A stretch of DNA of 64,000 nucleotides from Candidatus Bathyarchaeia archaeon (lineage in GTDB: Archaea; Thermoproteota; Bathyarchaeia; Bathyarchaeales; Bathycorpusculaceae). The DNA lies in contig JBEKKX010000006.1 of NCBI GenBank assembly GCA_050010515.1, forward strand, positions 11,316 to 75,315. Reading direction: 5' to 3'. Every line of letters begins with the position of its first letter. The first letter of the stretch is position 1. Below are positions 41,256 to 51,670 of the stretch, one piece after another. Below the pieces are notes generated by a model. That model was not told the DNA's origin, did no database searches, and saw nothing but the letters and a program-made list of their open reading frames with translations. A program made the translations under genes and the position numbers.

Positions 41256-42554
41256 GTGTTGAGCGACCATTATGCACCTCTAGTAGGAGACAGCTATGCT
41301 CCTGAAAAGATAAGAGTAATTATTCCAGTGGGCGGAAAAGCAACACGCCTCTTGCCGTTGACGGCTGAAACAAGCAAAGCCTGCCTACGCTTTTTGAACA
41401 GGCCGCTAGTAGAGTTTTCTCTTTTGTCGCTGGCAAGCCAGGGCATTCGCAACTTTATCTTCGGAGTTAAAGGCTATACCAACTATCGAGACCTGTATGA
41501 CTATTTTGAGTCAGGCTATGGATTCTCAGCACGTTATAACATAAAGCCACGCATCCACATAAAATATCAGCCTAACGTTGATGATTTGGGAAGCGCTGAT
41601 TCAGCAAGAATAAACATGGAGTACTATGAACTTAACAACCCAGTTTTCGCAGTACAAGGCGACAACATTTTTGACATAAAAGTTAAGAGCTTAATTGATT
41701 ATCATAAAGAAAAATGCGCCACCTTAACCATAGTGTTGCGAGAAGTTGATAACGTTGAAGGCTTAGGCATAGCTGACATCGACAAGAACGGTCGCATACA
41801 AAGATTTGTCGAAAAGCCACTGCCTAAAGACGCTCCTAGTAACCTTGCGAATACAGGTTTGTACGTGTTATCACCTGAAGTGAAAAAGATTTTCATGGAA
41901 AAAGGCGTTAAACAAATCATTAAAGAAAGAAAGAGGTTAGACTTCGGTTACGACTTCATTCCCTACGTGATTCAGACTGGACGCCCAGTGTATGGCTACA
42001 CGTTGAAAGGCAACTGGTTTGACGTGGGCACACCTAAAAACTACTTAGAAGCCATGAAGAACATGCTGCACGGCGGCTTCTCAACCCTAAACGATTTCGG
42101 CGGAAGACTAAAAGAGGGAGACCTAATTTGGGTTCAAGGCGAAAGCAATGATTCAGAAAAATGCCGTCTAGAAATTATCCATAAAATAAAACAAAAGAAA
42201 ATCACTATTGAAGGCGCTGTTTTGATTGGGAGACATTGCCAAATTGAAGATGGCGCAAGAATTGTGGATTCATGCATTGACAATTTCACTAGAATAGGCA
42301 AAAACGCTGTAGTATCCAACTCGGCAGTAATGGACAGAGTGATAATCGGAGAAAACGCTGAAGTATTCGAAAGCATAATCGGCAGACACGTAATTGTTAA
42401 CTCAAGCCAGCGTAAACCAACAAAAATAACCGCCATCTCAGTAATAGCAGACGATGTAAAACTAGAAGAAGGCTGCTCCCTTACAGCGTCAAAAATTTAC
42501 CCACACCAGTACATTCAAGGAGAATTCCAAAACCAAACAATAATAGCAAACTAA
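41256..42554 (+). CDS. NDP-sugar synthase (nucleotidyltransferase with left-handed beta-helix)
   Basis: PVGGKATRLLPLT, FVEKP, WFDVGTP, hexapeptide repeats. Confidence 0.9.
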   Translation: MLSDHYAPLVGDSYAPEKIRVIIPVGGKATRLLPLTAETSKACLRFLNRPLVEFSLLSLASQGIRNFIFGVKGYTNYRDLYDYFESGYGFSARYNIKPRIHIKYQPNVDDLGSADSARINMEYYELNNPVFAVQGDNIFDIKVKSLIDYHKEKCATLTIVLREVDNVEGLGIADIDKNGRIQRFVEKPLPKDAPSNLANTGLYVLSPEVKKIFMEKGVKQIIKERKRLDFGYDFIPYVIQTGRPVYGYTLKGNWFDVGTPKNYLEAMKNMLHGGFSTLNDFGGRLKEGDLIWVQGESNDSEKCRLEIIHKIKQKKITIEGAVLIGRHCQIEDGARIVDSCIDNFTRIGKNAVVSNSAVMDRVIIGENAEVFESIIGRHVIVNSSQRKPTKITAISVIADDVKLEEGCSLTASKIYPHQYIQGEFQNQTIIAN

Positions 42555-42574
42555 GCATTATTGTCAATTAAATA

Positions 42575-42751
42575 ATGATGAAATTGGGTAAACTAAACGG
42601 CTCGAAAAAGAGGACTAATCCAATTGTTCAGAACCCAACAGAACTACTTACCGGTTTAGCCAAAAGAGTACAAGTTACAGAACCAGTGAAGCAAGAGCTA
42701 ATGAAGGCATCAGCGTTAGGAATAGAAAAGAAACTATCGAGGTCTAAGTAA
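42575..42751 (+). CDS. possible small hypothetical protein (58 aa)
   Basis: Open frame filling the intergenic gap; no motif recognised. Confidence 0.3.
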   Translation: MMKLGKLNGSKKRTNPIVQNPTELLTGLAKRVQVTEPVKQELMKASALGIEKKLSRSK

Positions 42752-42779
42752 CAAAAAATTCAGCAAGATGTCAGATAAC

Positions 42780-43334
42780 TTAAGCTTTGAACCACTTGAA
42801 AATTAAATACTTAATTTTACCTGAAGCCAAATCTGGCACCGCAATAATAAACCGTTTGCGCACTGTGGTAGCTAGCCGTCCAGCTTTAACAATCTCGGTT
42901 GCTGAAATGTCTGAGCCTGTCTTCTTTACCGAGACCATGTAAGGGGCATGTTCAACGCCTGGACCGTACTTGTAAACGGCGAAGTCGCAGCCAAACTTTA
43001 TTCCAGGAGTAACTATTAAGCCGCTGTCCCTAAGGTCGTGGTAAACAGCGTATTTCTCTTCAAATTCATCGTATAACTGTTTAGCTTTTTGCCTTAGCTT
43101 TTTGAGGCTAACCTTGCTCTCGTCTGGATCCTCGTAAATTTCTATTTTCTTGTTCTCGACAAGGTACAAGCCTTCCATCAAATCCAAAATTAGTGGAGCA
43201 TCAAACTCTGGAATTTTAGGTTTAGGAATCCCAACTGGCTTCCCGTAATATCCTGCTTTGTATAGTTGAGAGCCTTCAGTAGAATTCCACACAACTAAGA
43301 AGTTATCGATGAGTTCAACTTTTATTTTTGGCAT
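42780..43334 (-). CDS. endA: tRNA-intron endonuclease, catalytic subunit
   Basis: VYHDLRDSG...GIKFGCDFAVY...H...GRLATTVRK (Y/H/K triad). Confidence 0.93.
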   Translation of the reverse strand: MPKIKVELIDNFLVVWNSTEGSQLYKAGYYGKPVGIPKPKIPEFDAPLILDLMEGLYLVENKKIEIYEDPDESKVSLKKLRQKAKQLYDEFEEKYAVYHDLRDSGLIVTPGIKFGCDFAVYKYGPGVEHAPYMVSVKKTGSDISATEIVKAGRLATTVRKRFIIAVPDLASGKIKYLIFKWFKA

Positions 43335-43349
43335 TGAAGTCGGCTCTTG

Positions 43350-44009
43350 TTACATGATGAACGAAAGCATCCGTGCTGCGTCCGCTGCGTCTTCAGCTTT
43401 GTCAGCGCTGTTTTCTAGCAGTTGAAGGATTTCTCTCAGAAGCAAAAGCACTGGAACGTCAAGTTTGCCGTTGAGAACTTTTATGGTTAATGCTCGGTAC
43501 TGGTCGTCAACTATTCGCTCAGCGATTTCTACGTCTTTAGCTCTTTCTAGGGTTTTTTGTGAGCCGTAGTTTAGAACCATCATTGTTTCCCTGAGCTTAA
43601 GCACGGTGTCCAAGACAGCTAAAGAAAGCTTAAGCAAGTCTTTTTTGACTTCTGGTGAAATGTTCCAGTTGTGCTCCATTATTTCAACTAAATAATAAGC
43701 GATTCCTTCTGAGAAATCGGCTATTTCGCTTGATAAATTTGTAAATCTCAAGAAGTCTTCACGGGCAATCAAAATGGCGCCTATCTCTGCTAGCTCTTGA
43801 GAAACCATACGTCTTGCCTTGACAACTTCTTCTTCGCCTGTTCTGATTTCGCTGAAGAGCTTTCTTGCGTTTTCCCTGTCGCCGCTTGCAAAACACTCAG
43901 CAAGTTGAGGAATTTTCCTTGAGACATCGACAACCTTACGTAGGTTATCTTGACAAGCGTTTAGGGCTCTCCGTTTCACGCGCTCTTCTGTTTCTGATGG
44001 AAGTACCAC
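43350..44009 (-). CDS. DUF47/PhoU-like protein
   Basis: REDFLR, ERIVDDQYR, LENSADKAEDAAD. Confidence 0.8.
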   Translation of the reverse strand: MVLPSETEERVKRRALNACQDNLRKVVDVSRKIPQLAECFASGDRENARKLFSEIRTGEEEVVKARRMVSQELAEIGAILIAREDFLRFTNLSSEIADFSEGIAYYLVEIMEHNWNISPEVKKDLLKLSLAVLDTVLKLRETMMVLNYGSQKTLERAKDVEIAERIVDDQYRALTIKVLNGKLDVPVLLLLREILQLLENSADKAEDAADAARMLSFIM

Positions 44010-44080
44010 TTGTTCCCCCGCCTACGAATATCCCTGATTTATCATGTTACTATCAAGTGTTCATTAAAAAAGTTAGCTGC

Positions 44081-45856
44081 TTAACTTTCAATTAATAAAC
44101 CTAAATTTCCGAAGTTTATTTTTCCTTGGAAGTAACTGTGTAAGAGTTCTGGTAGGTCTTTGACTTGGGTTCGAACTTGTTGCCAACTATCGCGGTCTCG
44201 TATGGTTACTGTGTTATCTTTTAGCGTATCGTAATCTATGGTTATTCCTAATTGTACGCCTGCCTCATCAGCTCTTGCATAACGGCGACCGATGGAGCCT
44301 GTTTCGTCTAATTCAACCATGAAACCCTCGTTCGCCAGCATCCTTTGCACTTCCGCTGCTTTGGTATCTAAGCCGTCTTTGCTCATTAAGGGATAAACGC
44401 CAACTTGGACTGGTGCAATGCTTCTTGGAAAACTCATGACAACGCGGTCATCCTTGATGCCGTAAGCATACTCCAATGCCGCGTAAAAGAGCCTATCAGA
44501 GCCAAAACTTGGTTCCACCACATGCGGTATGAAGCGGGTGCCGCGAACAATCGTTTTTTGCCTGCTAATGTCTACTTGGTCAGCTTTGACTTCATAGTTT
44601 TCAACCATAAAGTAACCTTGCTTTTGCATGGCGTCAGCAACTTCCTGCGCAGGAAACTTAGCAAGCAGTGCCGCTACTTTTGAGGCTTCTTTCTTGTATA
44701 TTGGACCAAGCTTAGCCATAATTGGCTTGACAACAAGCTCTTCTTTTTCGACAGGATTAGTGTATTCTTTGTAAACGGTCATGTCGACGCCGCTTGCTTT
44801 CATGTGGCACTTCAAATCGTAATCTGTTCGGTATGCATGTCCAGAAACTTCTACCCAGCCCCAACGGTCAACTAAGACTTCTTGGTCGAAGCTTTGGCTT
44901 GAGTAATGCGCTTTTTCCCAAGTGAGTTTTTCGATAAACCGCTGTTTCTCTGCTGGTACGCCGAGCTCCATTAAAAGTTTCTTCGCCATCACCATGAAAA
45001 ACGCTTGCCATTCTGAGCGAATTATTTTCCGGTCAAGCGCTTCTCTAACTGTAAGGTCTGTTGTGTCCTCGCATTCTTTCAGCCTTGTTTCGCATAGTAG
45101 AATGGGCAATACTTCGTTTTCCACTTCCGGAAGCAAATGGCAGCATGGCTCTTCAGGATCAAAGAAGAACTCTAAATCAGCAATAGTGAACTCTCTCAAC
45201 CTAATCAAGCCTTGCCTTGGCGAAATCTCGTTACGCAAAGCGTGACCGATTTGGATAACTCCGAAAGGAAGTCTTTCCCGCGCAACATTGTAGAGGCGGT
45301 TAAACTCCACGAAAATATTTTGTGCTGCTTCCGGTCTCCCGTAACCAACCGCACCCGAGTAAGGACCAATAGTGGTTTTAAACATTGTTAAGAAATGCTG
45401 TGGCTCGCCAAATTTGCCGCCGCAGTCGGGGCATAAAATGCCATGGCGCTCGATTTCTTCTTTAATCTCGTTTAAACTCATTTTTTCAGCTTCAGCCGAG
45501 CTAATGCCTGCTTTTTCCTCAAGCAAATGGTCAGCTCGGAAGCGACCCTGACAGTTTTGGCACTCAACCATCGGCTCCTTGAAATGGTCCACGTGACCTG
45601 ATGCTTCAAAGACTTTTTCGGGCGCAATTACCGATGATTCTATTTCGTAAATCCCGATTTTTTTAATGAAAAGGTCTCTAAGCTTAGCCTCAATATTCTG
45701 TTTCAACCGTGCGCCAAGGGGACCATAAGTTACAAAGCCGCCGCTACCACCGTAAATCTCAAACGATGGCCAGAAAAATCCTCTGCGGCGTGCCAACTCG
45801 TTTATGGCTGTGAACTTGTCGCATTCTGGTTTTGAGCATTTGGCGTCGTCGTTCAA
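44081..45856 (-). CDS. glyS: glycine--tRNA ligase (alpha2 type)
   Basis: RRRGFFWPSFEIYGG, RPEAAQ, RNEISPRQGLIRLREF, EPSFGSDR, GSIGRRYARADE. Confidence 0.96.
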   Translation of the reverse strand: MNDDAKCSKPECDKFTAINELARRRGFFWPSFEIYGGSGGFVTYGPLGARLKQNIEAKLRDLFIKKIGIYEIESSVIAPEKVFEASGHVDHFKEPMVECQNCQGRFRADHLLEEKAGISSAEAEKMSLNEIKEEIERHGILCPDCGGKFGEPQHFLTMFKTTIGPYSGAVGYGRPEAAQNIFVEFNRLYNVARERLPFGVIQIGHALRNEISPRQGLIRLREFTIADLEFFFDPEEPCCHLLPEVENEVLPILLCETRLKECEDTTDLTVREALDRKIIRSEWQAFFMVMAKKLLMELGVPAEKQRFIEKLTWEKAHYSSQSFDQEVLVDRWGWVEVSGHAYRTDYDLKCHMKASGVDMTVYKEYTNPVEKEELVVKPIMAKLGPIYKKEASKVAALLAKFPAQEVADAMQKQGYFMVENYEVKADQVDISRQKTIVRGTRFIPHVVEPSFGSDRLFYAALEYAYGIKDDRVVMSFPRSIAPVQVGVYPLMSKDGLDTKAAEVQRMLANEGFMVELDETGSIGRRYARADEAGVQLGITIDYDTLKDNTVTIRDRDSWQQVRTQVKDLPELLHSYFQGKINFGNLGLLIES

Positions 45857-46387
45857 TTTAGTTTACCTTTTTATGCTTAGTACCGTGAGTAGATTAAAAG
45901 GTTACTAACGAATTAGCGTGGTTATTCAAGCGATAGAGAGTAAAATTTTGGAACAGGCGATGTTGCTTGGTTTTTTTCGCTTATCAAAAGAGAGGATTGA
46001 GGCTTTTAGTGAACTAGCGTATGGTGCCTGTGACTGAAGCAAGCTCCCACTTGTTTTGCTACGCCTAAGCCTTCACGCATGTGGCGTCTATCTTCTTGGG
46101 CGAATGGACTGGTGGTCTGTCTTTTTAGGATGCTGCGCGGGAGTCGTTCTGCCTGTTCATCAGCCGGGTCAACTTGTCGATGATTTCTGGGAAGCTCCCT
46201 TGAATATGTCCGGTAATAGGTTGCCAATACCAATCCCACTGCTTATGTTTGCTTTTAGCCAAGCTTTTTCCAAAGGGGGAAATTATATGCTATACTGCCC
46301 TAAAAAATGTTAGCAGACAACTATACGCAAGTTTTATAAATAAACTAAGCCCTAGTGGTATCTATAAAATTTTAGGAGAAAAGAAAA

Positions 46388-49069
46388 ATGCAAAAGCTAA
46401 AAGGTAAAACTATGGCTATTTTATTTGCAGTAATTTTGACACTTTCAATGGAAGGTTCAATGATACTAATACCAACTACTAGCGCACATTCACCTGGATG
46501 GAATATTCCAACATTTTCTTTCTGCAGTGTTTCACCTAATCCTGTAGGCAAAGGTCAAACCGTTAACGTTAACTTCTGGGTTAACATGCCTCCACCAACA
46601 GCGAGTGCACAATACGGCGACAGATGGATGGGTATGACAGTGCTAGTTACACTGCCAGACAAAACCACTACGACTCTAGGACCATTTACATCCGATGACA
46701 CAGGAGGATCACACAGTACCTACACGCCTACCCAAGTCGGCAACTACACTTTCCAAATGAGCTTTCCTGGACAAACATTAGCAGGCGCCAATGCAGCTCC
46801 GGGAACTCCCCCGGGAGTTGCGGGTAACCCGAGTGTTGGTGATTATTACCAACCCAGCAAAAGCAACGTATTTACTCTTGATGTGCAATCGACGCCAATA
46901 GGATATGTACCGGTAAATCCGCTTCCAACAAACTATTGGACACGCCCGATTAACGCTATAAACAACAATTGGTATTCGATTGGCGGGAACTGGCTTGGTC
47001 TTTCTGCATCGACATTTGCTGCGACTGGACAGTACAATGCTACCGGAGACTATAATCCGTATACTACAGCGCCACTCACCAGCCACATATTATGGACAAA
47101 GCCGATAGCGTTCGGAGGCACAATCGGAGGAGAATTCGGCGGTAGCGAAGAAAGCAACTACTACGCAACTGCGCAGTACGAACCTAAATTTGCGCCAATA
47201 ATCATGCAAGGCATACTCTACTACACTGATTATCCAGACACTTCGACTGACCCGACAGGCTGGACTGCAGTAAACTTACAAACTGGACAAGTAATATGGC
47301 AAAATAATATTACCAATGAAGTATTAAAATGCGGCCAAATACTCGATATGATAACACCTAACCAGTACGGAGCACTCACATACCTGTGGGCTGAGCCCTT
47401 AAGTGCAGCCGGCTTTATGGCTGCGGGTGCGTCTTTATCGATGTACGATGCAATGACAGGAAGCTATATACTAACCATTACCAACACTCCTGCGATGACA
47501 CTTACTGAAGATTCACACGGCGACTTGATAGGCTACTACACTAATACTAGTTATGGCTTCGGACCTTCTGGGATGTTTGTCAGCGGGGCGTCGCTTACTA
47601 TGTGGAACTCAACCGTATGCATCAATCTAGAAGTAGGAAACTATGCAGGTGGTCCAAATGTTGCAAATCAATGGATGTGGAGACCTCCACTAGATGCACA
47701 AATTCCGTTCGCTCCGGGAGTACAATGGTCAGCACCACTACCACTTACAGACAAGACAGGCAGCCCATTAACTTACATGATGAGCTATTTCGGTGAGACT
47801 TTCCCCGCGTATTTGCTAGGGATTTCGGCAGTTCAGAGCAATGTAGTATACTTGACAGGGTATAATTCGGGTAGCGGAGGAATGTTCTTCCAGTCTGGAT
47901 GGGAAGAAGAACTAGGCGCCAGTGCAACCGACGGCACAATACTATGGGGCGCAATTAACCGGACCGAAGTACCATATTCAATTGTCTACTCTGGTGGTGT
48001 TTGGTCTGGAAGCGACGCTTACGTAGAACTCACTGAATCCACATTGTCAATCAGCAGTTACAGCCTCAGCACAGGCGCCCTACTATGGGGACCAACTGCA
48101 CTTCCAAATGTCAGTCCATATAGTTCACTCGGAGCAAACTCTTTAGTCGCTAATGGCAATATTTACATATGGGGCTACGGAGGAGACGTTTATTCCTACA
48201 ACATCCTTACTGGAGCTTTGAATTGGCAATATCACACGCCGCCCGGTGGCTACGAGTCTCCCTATGGTGTAGAGCCTATATGGACTTTCACCGTAGGAAC
48301 AATCGCTGGTGGTATACTATTCCTTCCCGAAGGCCACATGTACAGTCCACCACTATTCAGAAATGCACAGCAACTGGCTTTGAACATTACTAATGGAAAA
48401 GTAGTATGGAGCATGGATGCTTTCGACGTTACTAGCGCTCCCGCAGTGTCAGACGGCATCGCAACAACACTAAACGCCTATGACAACCAGATATACGCCT
48501 GGGGAATGGGTCCTACCAAAACAACAGTTACGGCACCTGACATTGGCGTGACAACTGCCACACCAGTGACGATAACGGGTTCAGTAATGGACATCTCTGC
48601 CGGCTCACAACAAAACGCAGTAGCAGCAAACTTCCCCAACGGTCTTCCATGCGTATCTGACGCAAGCATGAGTCAGTGGATGGAATTCGTTTACGAGCAG
48701 CAGCCGTGCCCAACAAACGTGACTGGTGTTCCAGTTACCCTGAGTGTTATTGACGCCAACGGCAACAACAGACCAATCGGCACTACCACAACTAATGGCA
48801 TGGGGACGTTCGCTTATACTTGGACACCTGACATTTCAGGCAATTACACTGTCATCGCCACCTTTGCAGGTACAAACGCATACTATGGATCTTCAGCTGA
48901 CACATACTTCTATGCTAGCTCGCCACCGGCAACACCAGCGCCAACCGCTACACCTGTAACAGGCCTAGCAACAATGTCAGCCCTAACTTATGGAATCGCC
49001 GCTGCAATAATCGTAATAATCATCGCAATCGCCATAGTCGGCTTACTCTTACTAAGAAAAAAGCCATAA
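46388..49069 (+). CDS. secreted PQQ-like beta-propeller surface protein with C-terminal TM anchor
   Basis: Signal peptide, repeated A..TG...W blades, Thr/Pro linker, C-terminal TM + RKKP. Confidence 0.85.
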   Translation: MQKLKGKTMAILFAVILTLSMEGSMILIPTTSAHSPGWNIPTFSFCSVSPNPVGKGQTVNVNFWVNMPPPTASAQYGDRWMGMTVLVTLPDKTTTTLGPFTSDDTGGSHSTYTPTQVGNYTFQMSFPGQTLAGANAAPGTPPGVAGNPSVGDYYQPSKSNVFTLDVQSTPIGYVPVNPLPTNYWTRPINAINNNWYSIGGNWLGLSASTFAATGQYNATGDYNPYTTAPLTSHILWTKPIAFGGTIGGEFGGSEESNYYATAQYEPKFAPIIMQGILYYTDYPDTSTDPTGWTAVNLQTGQVIWQNNITNEVLKCGQILDMITPNQYGALTYLWAEPLSAAGFMAAGASLSMYDAMTGSYILTITNTPAMTLTEDSHGDLIGYYTNTSYGFGPSGMFVSGASLTMWNSTVCINLEVGNYAGGPNVANQWMWRPPLDAQIPFAPGVQWSAPLPLTDKTGSPLTYMMSYFGETFPAYLLGISAVQSNVVYLTGYNSGSGGMFFQSGWEEELGASATDGTILWGAINRTEVPYSIVYSGGVWSGSDAYVELTESTLSISSYSLSTGALLWGPTALPNVSPYSSLGANSLVANGNIYIWGYGGDVYSYNILTGALNWQYHTPPGGYESPYGVEPIWTFTVGTIAGGILFLPEGHMYSPPLFRNAQQLALNITNGKVVWSMDAFDVTSAPAVSDGIATTLNAYDNQIYAWGMGPTKTTVTAPDIGVTTATPVTITGSVMDISAGSQQNAVAANFPNGLPCVSDASMSQWMEFVYEQQPCPTNVTGVPVTLSVIDANGNNRPIGTTTTNGMGTFAYTWTPDISGNYTVIATFAGTNAYYGSSADTYFYASSPPATPAPTATPVTGLATMSALTYGIAAAIIVIIIAIAIVGLLLLRKKP

Positions 49070-49094
49070 AAACAAAACAATAAAACAACCACAA

Positions 49095-49123
49095 TCCCTC
49101 TTTCTTTTTCTTTTTTATTTTTA
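49095..49123 (+). terminator. T-rich archaeal terminator
   Basis: CCCTCTTTCTTTTTCTTTTTTATTTTT after the stop. Confidence 0.5.
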
Positions 49124-49330
49124 AACGAAATTAATTCCGTTTCTATTTTGGCCTTATCAACCTTTGCTTTTATCCCTACCGTTTATGTTGGTCTTTAGCC
49201 AAGGCTTCTCTTAAGAAAAAGTGAACCTTTACATAAGTTGCTTTAAACTGAATTAGCCGATAATCCTGCTTTGTGGAAACGCTTAAAACTATCAGTTGAT
49301 ATTTTAGCGGTTGAATAGGAGAAATGCCTT

Positions 49331-50734
49331 TTGGTTTCAGCAGAAAAAGGTAAACCAACCGTTGATGAGTTGCTTGCGAAAGCCAAGAAGCCTGCACAGT
49401 TAGCTTCTCCAATGCACAGGTTTTATGAGGGAAAAATGCAGGTCATCCCTAAATGCGCTATCAGAAGCGTTGACGACTTTGCCGTTTGGTACACCCCAGG
49501 CGTGGCTACGCCATGTAGAGAAATTCAAGCTGACCCTGACAAATCATTTGAATTAACTAATCGCTGGAATTACGTAGCAGTGGTTTCAGATGGAACGCGT
49601 GTTTTAGGTTTAGGCGACATAGGTCCTGAAGCGGCGTTGCCTGTGATGGAGGGAAAAGCGCTTTTGTTCAAGTATTTAGGCGGCGTTGACGCGTTTCCAA
49701 TTTGCCTAGGAACCAAGGACCCAGATGAAATAGTTAGGATTTGTAAAGCTCTTGAACCGTCTTTCGGCGGCATTAACCTTGAAGATATTGAGAAACCAAA
49801 ATGTTTTCATATTCTTGAGAAATCCTGCGAACAACTGAATATTCCAGTTTGGCATGATGACCAGCAGGGAACCGCCACGGTGATCTTGGCAGGGCTAATT
49901 AACTCTTTCAGAATCGTGGGCAAAAAACCGCAAGAAAGCTTAATCACATTGGTTGGGTCAGGAGCAGCAAATATTCGGACAGCTTATGTGCTTATGCGGT
50001 GGGGCATTAAACCAGGCAACATAATACTTGCCGACAGCAAAGGCGTTGTTCATAAGAGCAGAAAAGACATCACAAAAGAAGAAGATCCATGGAAATATGA
50101 TGTTGCACAGAAAACTAACGCTGAAGGCAGAACCGGCGACATCCAAGAAGCATTCAAAGGCGCGGATGCAGTTGTTGCTGCTTCAAAACCCGGTCCAGGC
50201 ACCATTAAGAAAGAATGGATTAAAACAATGGCTAAAGATGCAATAATCTTTGCATGCGCTAACCCAATACCTGAAATTTGGCCTTGGGACGCAGAGGAAG
50301 CAGGAGCACGAATTGTAGCGACAGGTAGAAGCGACTTTCCCAACCAAGTGAACAACAGCTTAGGGTTTCCAGGTATTTTCCGAGGAGTCTTAGACGTTAA
50401 GGCAAAAACTGTCACAGACGACATGTGCATTGCAGCAGCGCAGGAACTGGCAAATTACGCCCAAGAACGTGGAATAAACGAGAAGGATATCTTGCCTAGA
50501 ATGGATGAGTGGGAAGTTTTTCCAAGAGAAGCGGTTGCATGCGCATTAAAATCAATCGAGCAAGGCGTTGCAAGAATAAAACCCAGCAAGAAAGAATTAT
50601 ACGAACGGGCTTCCGCCATAATACAAAACGCCAGGCAATCAACTGAACTGTTGATGAAGCATGGATTAATTAAGCAGCCTCCAACTGAGAGCGAACTTTT
50701 GAAACAATCTTCGAAGTTCGCCCAGTTTGCTTGA
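49331..50734 (+). CDS. NAD(P)-dependent malic enzyme
   Basis: YTPGVA, PVMEGKA, INLEDI, HDDQQGTA, ATGRSDFPNQVNN. Confidence 0.95.
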   Translation: MVSAEKGKPTVDELLAKAKKPAQLASPMHRFYEGKMQVIPKCAIRSVDDFAVWYTPGVATPCREIQADPDKSFELTNRWNYVAVVSDGTRVLGLGDIGPEAALPVMEGKALLFKYLGGVDAFPICLGTKDPDEIVRICKALEPSFGGINLEDIEKPKCFHILEKSCEQLNIPVWHDDQQGTATVILAGLINSFRIVGKKPQESLITLVGSGAANIRTAYVLMRWGIKPGNIILADSKGVVHKSRKDITKEEDPWKYDVAQKTNAEGRTGDIQEAFKGADAVVAASKPGPGTIKKEWIKTMAKDAIIFACANPIPEIWPWDAEEAGARIVATGRSDFPNQVNNSLGFPGIFRGVLDVKAKTVTDDMCIAAAQELANYAQERGINEKDILPRMDEWEVFPREAVACALKSIEQGVARIKPSKKELYERASAIIQNARQSTELLMKHGLIKQPPTESELLKQSSKFAQFA

Positions 50735-50838
50735 AAAGTTAGAGGTTGCATGGGAAGTTATTTAGGTAAAATCAGTCGTAGCCCAAATGGATTCACGAAG
50801 CAAAAAAGTTTAACAAAAATAAAAAATGTGGTTTTGAA

Positions 50839-51126
50839 TTAAAGTGGTGTAATTTTTACTATATTTCTTTTTTCAAGCCTTCGCAGCGCATCTAAGCACT
50901 CATCTTTTTTCTCGCCAGTAATATTTAGGTTGAGCATTATGTCCCTAACTGAAACTTCTGCTTTACCGAAATTTTGATGACGCTTGTAAAGATGTTGGAC
51001 AATAGATTTTTCAAGCTTCCCACATCGCCAAGTAGTGTTGCGAATTAAAACAACGATGGTTCGGACAAGTGTCTGCTCTTTTGATTTTCTTCCTCGCGAA
51101 TCTCCCATCTCGCCCCACTGCTCCAT
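50839..51126 (-). CDS. hypothetical protein, possible winged-helix domain
   Basis: 95-aa basic ORF ending DALRRLEKRNIVKI. Confidence 0.65.
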   Translation of the reverse strand: MEQWGEMGDSRGRKSKEQTLVRTIVVLIRNTTWRCGKLEKSIVQHLYKRHQNFGKAEVSVRDIMLNLNITGEKKDECLDALRRLEKRNIVKITPL

Positions 51127-51201
51127 GTAAAATGCACCATAGTTTTTAAACGTTTGTTCCTCAGTGGAATAAAGCTTTAATCTTGGGAGATGGCAATTGT
51201 T

Positions 51202-51651
51202 TTATAGTGTTTTTTTGAGGTACAAGCCGTGTTTTTTGCCGTAGTATTTTTCTAGTCTACTGATTTTTTGGTACCCGTTGCTTTGGTAGAGTTTTAATGC
51301 GGTTGTGTTGTCTTCGCGGACTTCTAAATGACATTCGGTTATACCCTTTTGCTTGAGAATGTCTTCTGTTTCTTTTAGCATTTTGCTTGCAATGCCTTTT
51401 CGTCGGTAGGTTGGGGTCACGTTTATTGTTATTATATGCCCGTAGAGTGTATTGTTTTCTATTTCTACTTGTGCTATTATGAATCCTGCTATGTCGCTGT
51501 TTGCTTTGGCTGCTAATGCGATTGTATTGTAATCTGTAAGCAAGTAGGCTATTTGTCGTTTTGTGAAGGCTTCTTGGTCAAAGCATTGCTCTTCAATTTC
51601 ACAGAGCTTATCGATTAGCCTGATGGAAGCGGTTTCAATTTTTATTTCCAT
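51202..51651 (-). CDS. rimI: RimI/Ard1-like GNAT N-acetyltransferase
   Basis: YRRKGIAS, LEVREDN..A..LY, YY. Confidence 0.88.
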   Translation of the reverse strand: MEIKIETASIRLIDKLCEIEEQCFDQEAFTKRQIAYLLTDYNTIALAAKANSDIAGFIIAQVEIENNTLYGHIITINVTPTYRRKGIASKMLKETEDILKQKGITECHLEVREDNTTALKLYQSNGYQKISRLEKYYGKKHGLYLKKTL

Positions 51652-51670
51652 TTTATTATCTTAAGAATAA

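Noticed and set aside
46006-46313. Two overlapping opposite-strand ORFs (77 and 85 aa)
   Set aside because: Neither has recognisable features; coding status cannot be supported
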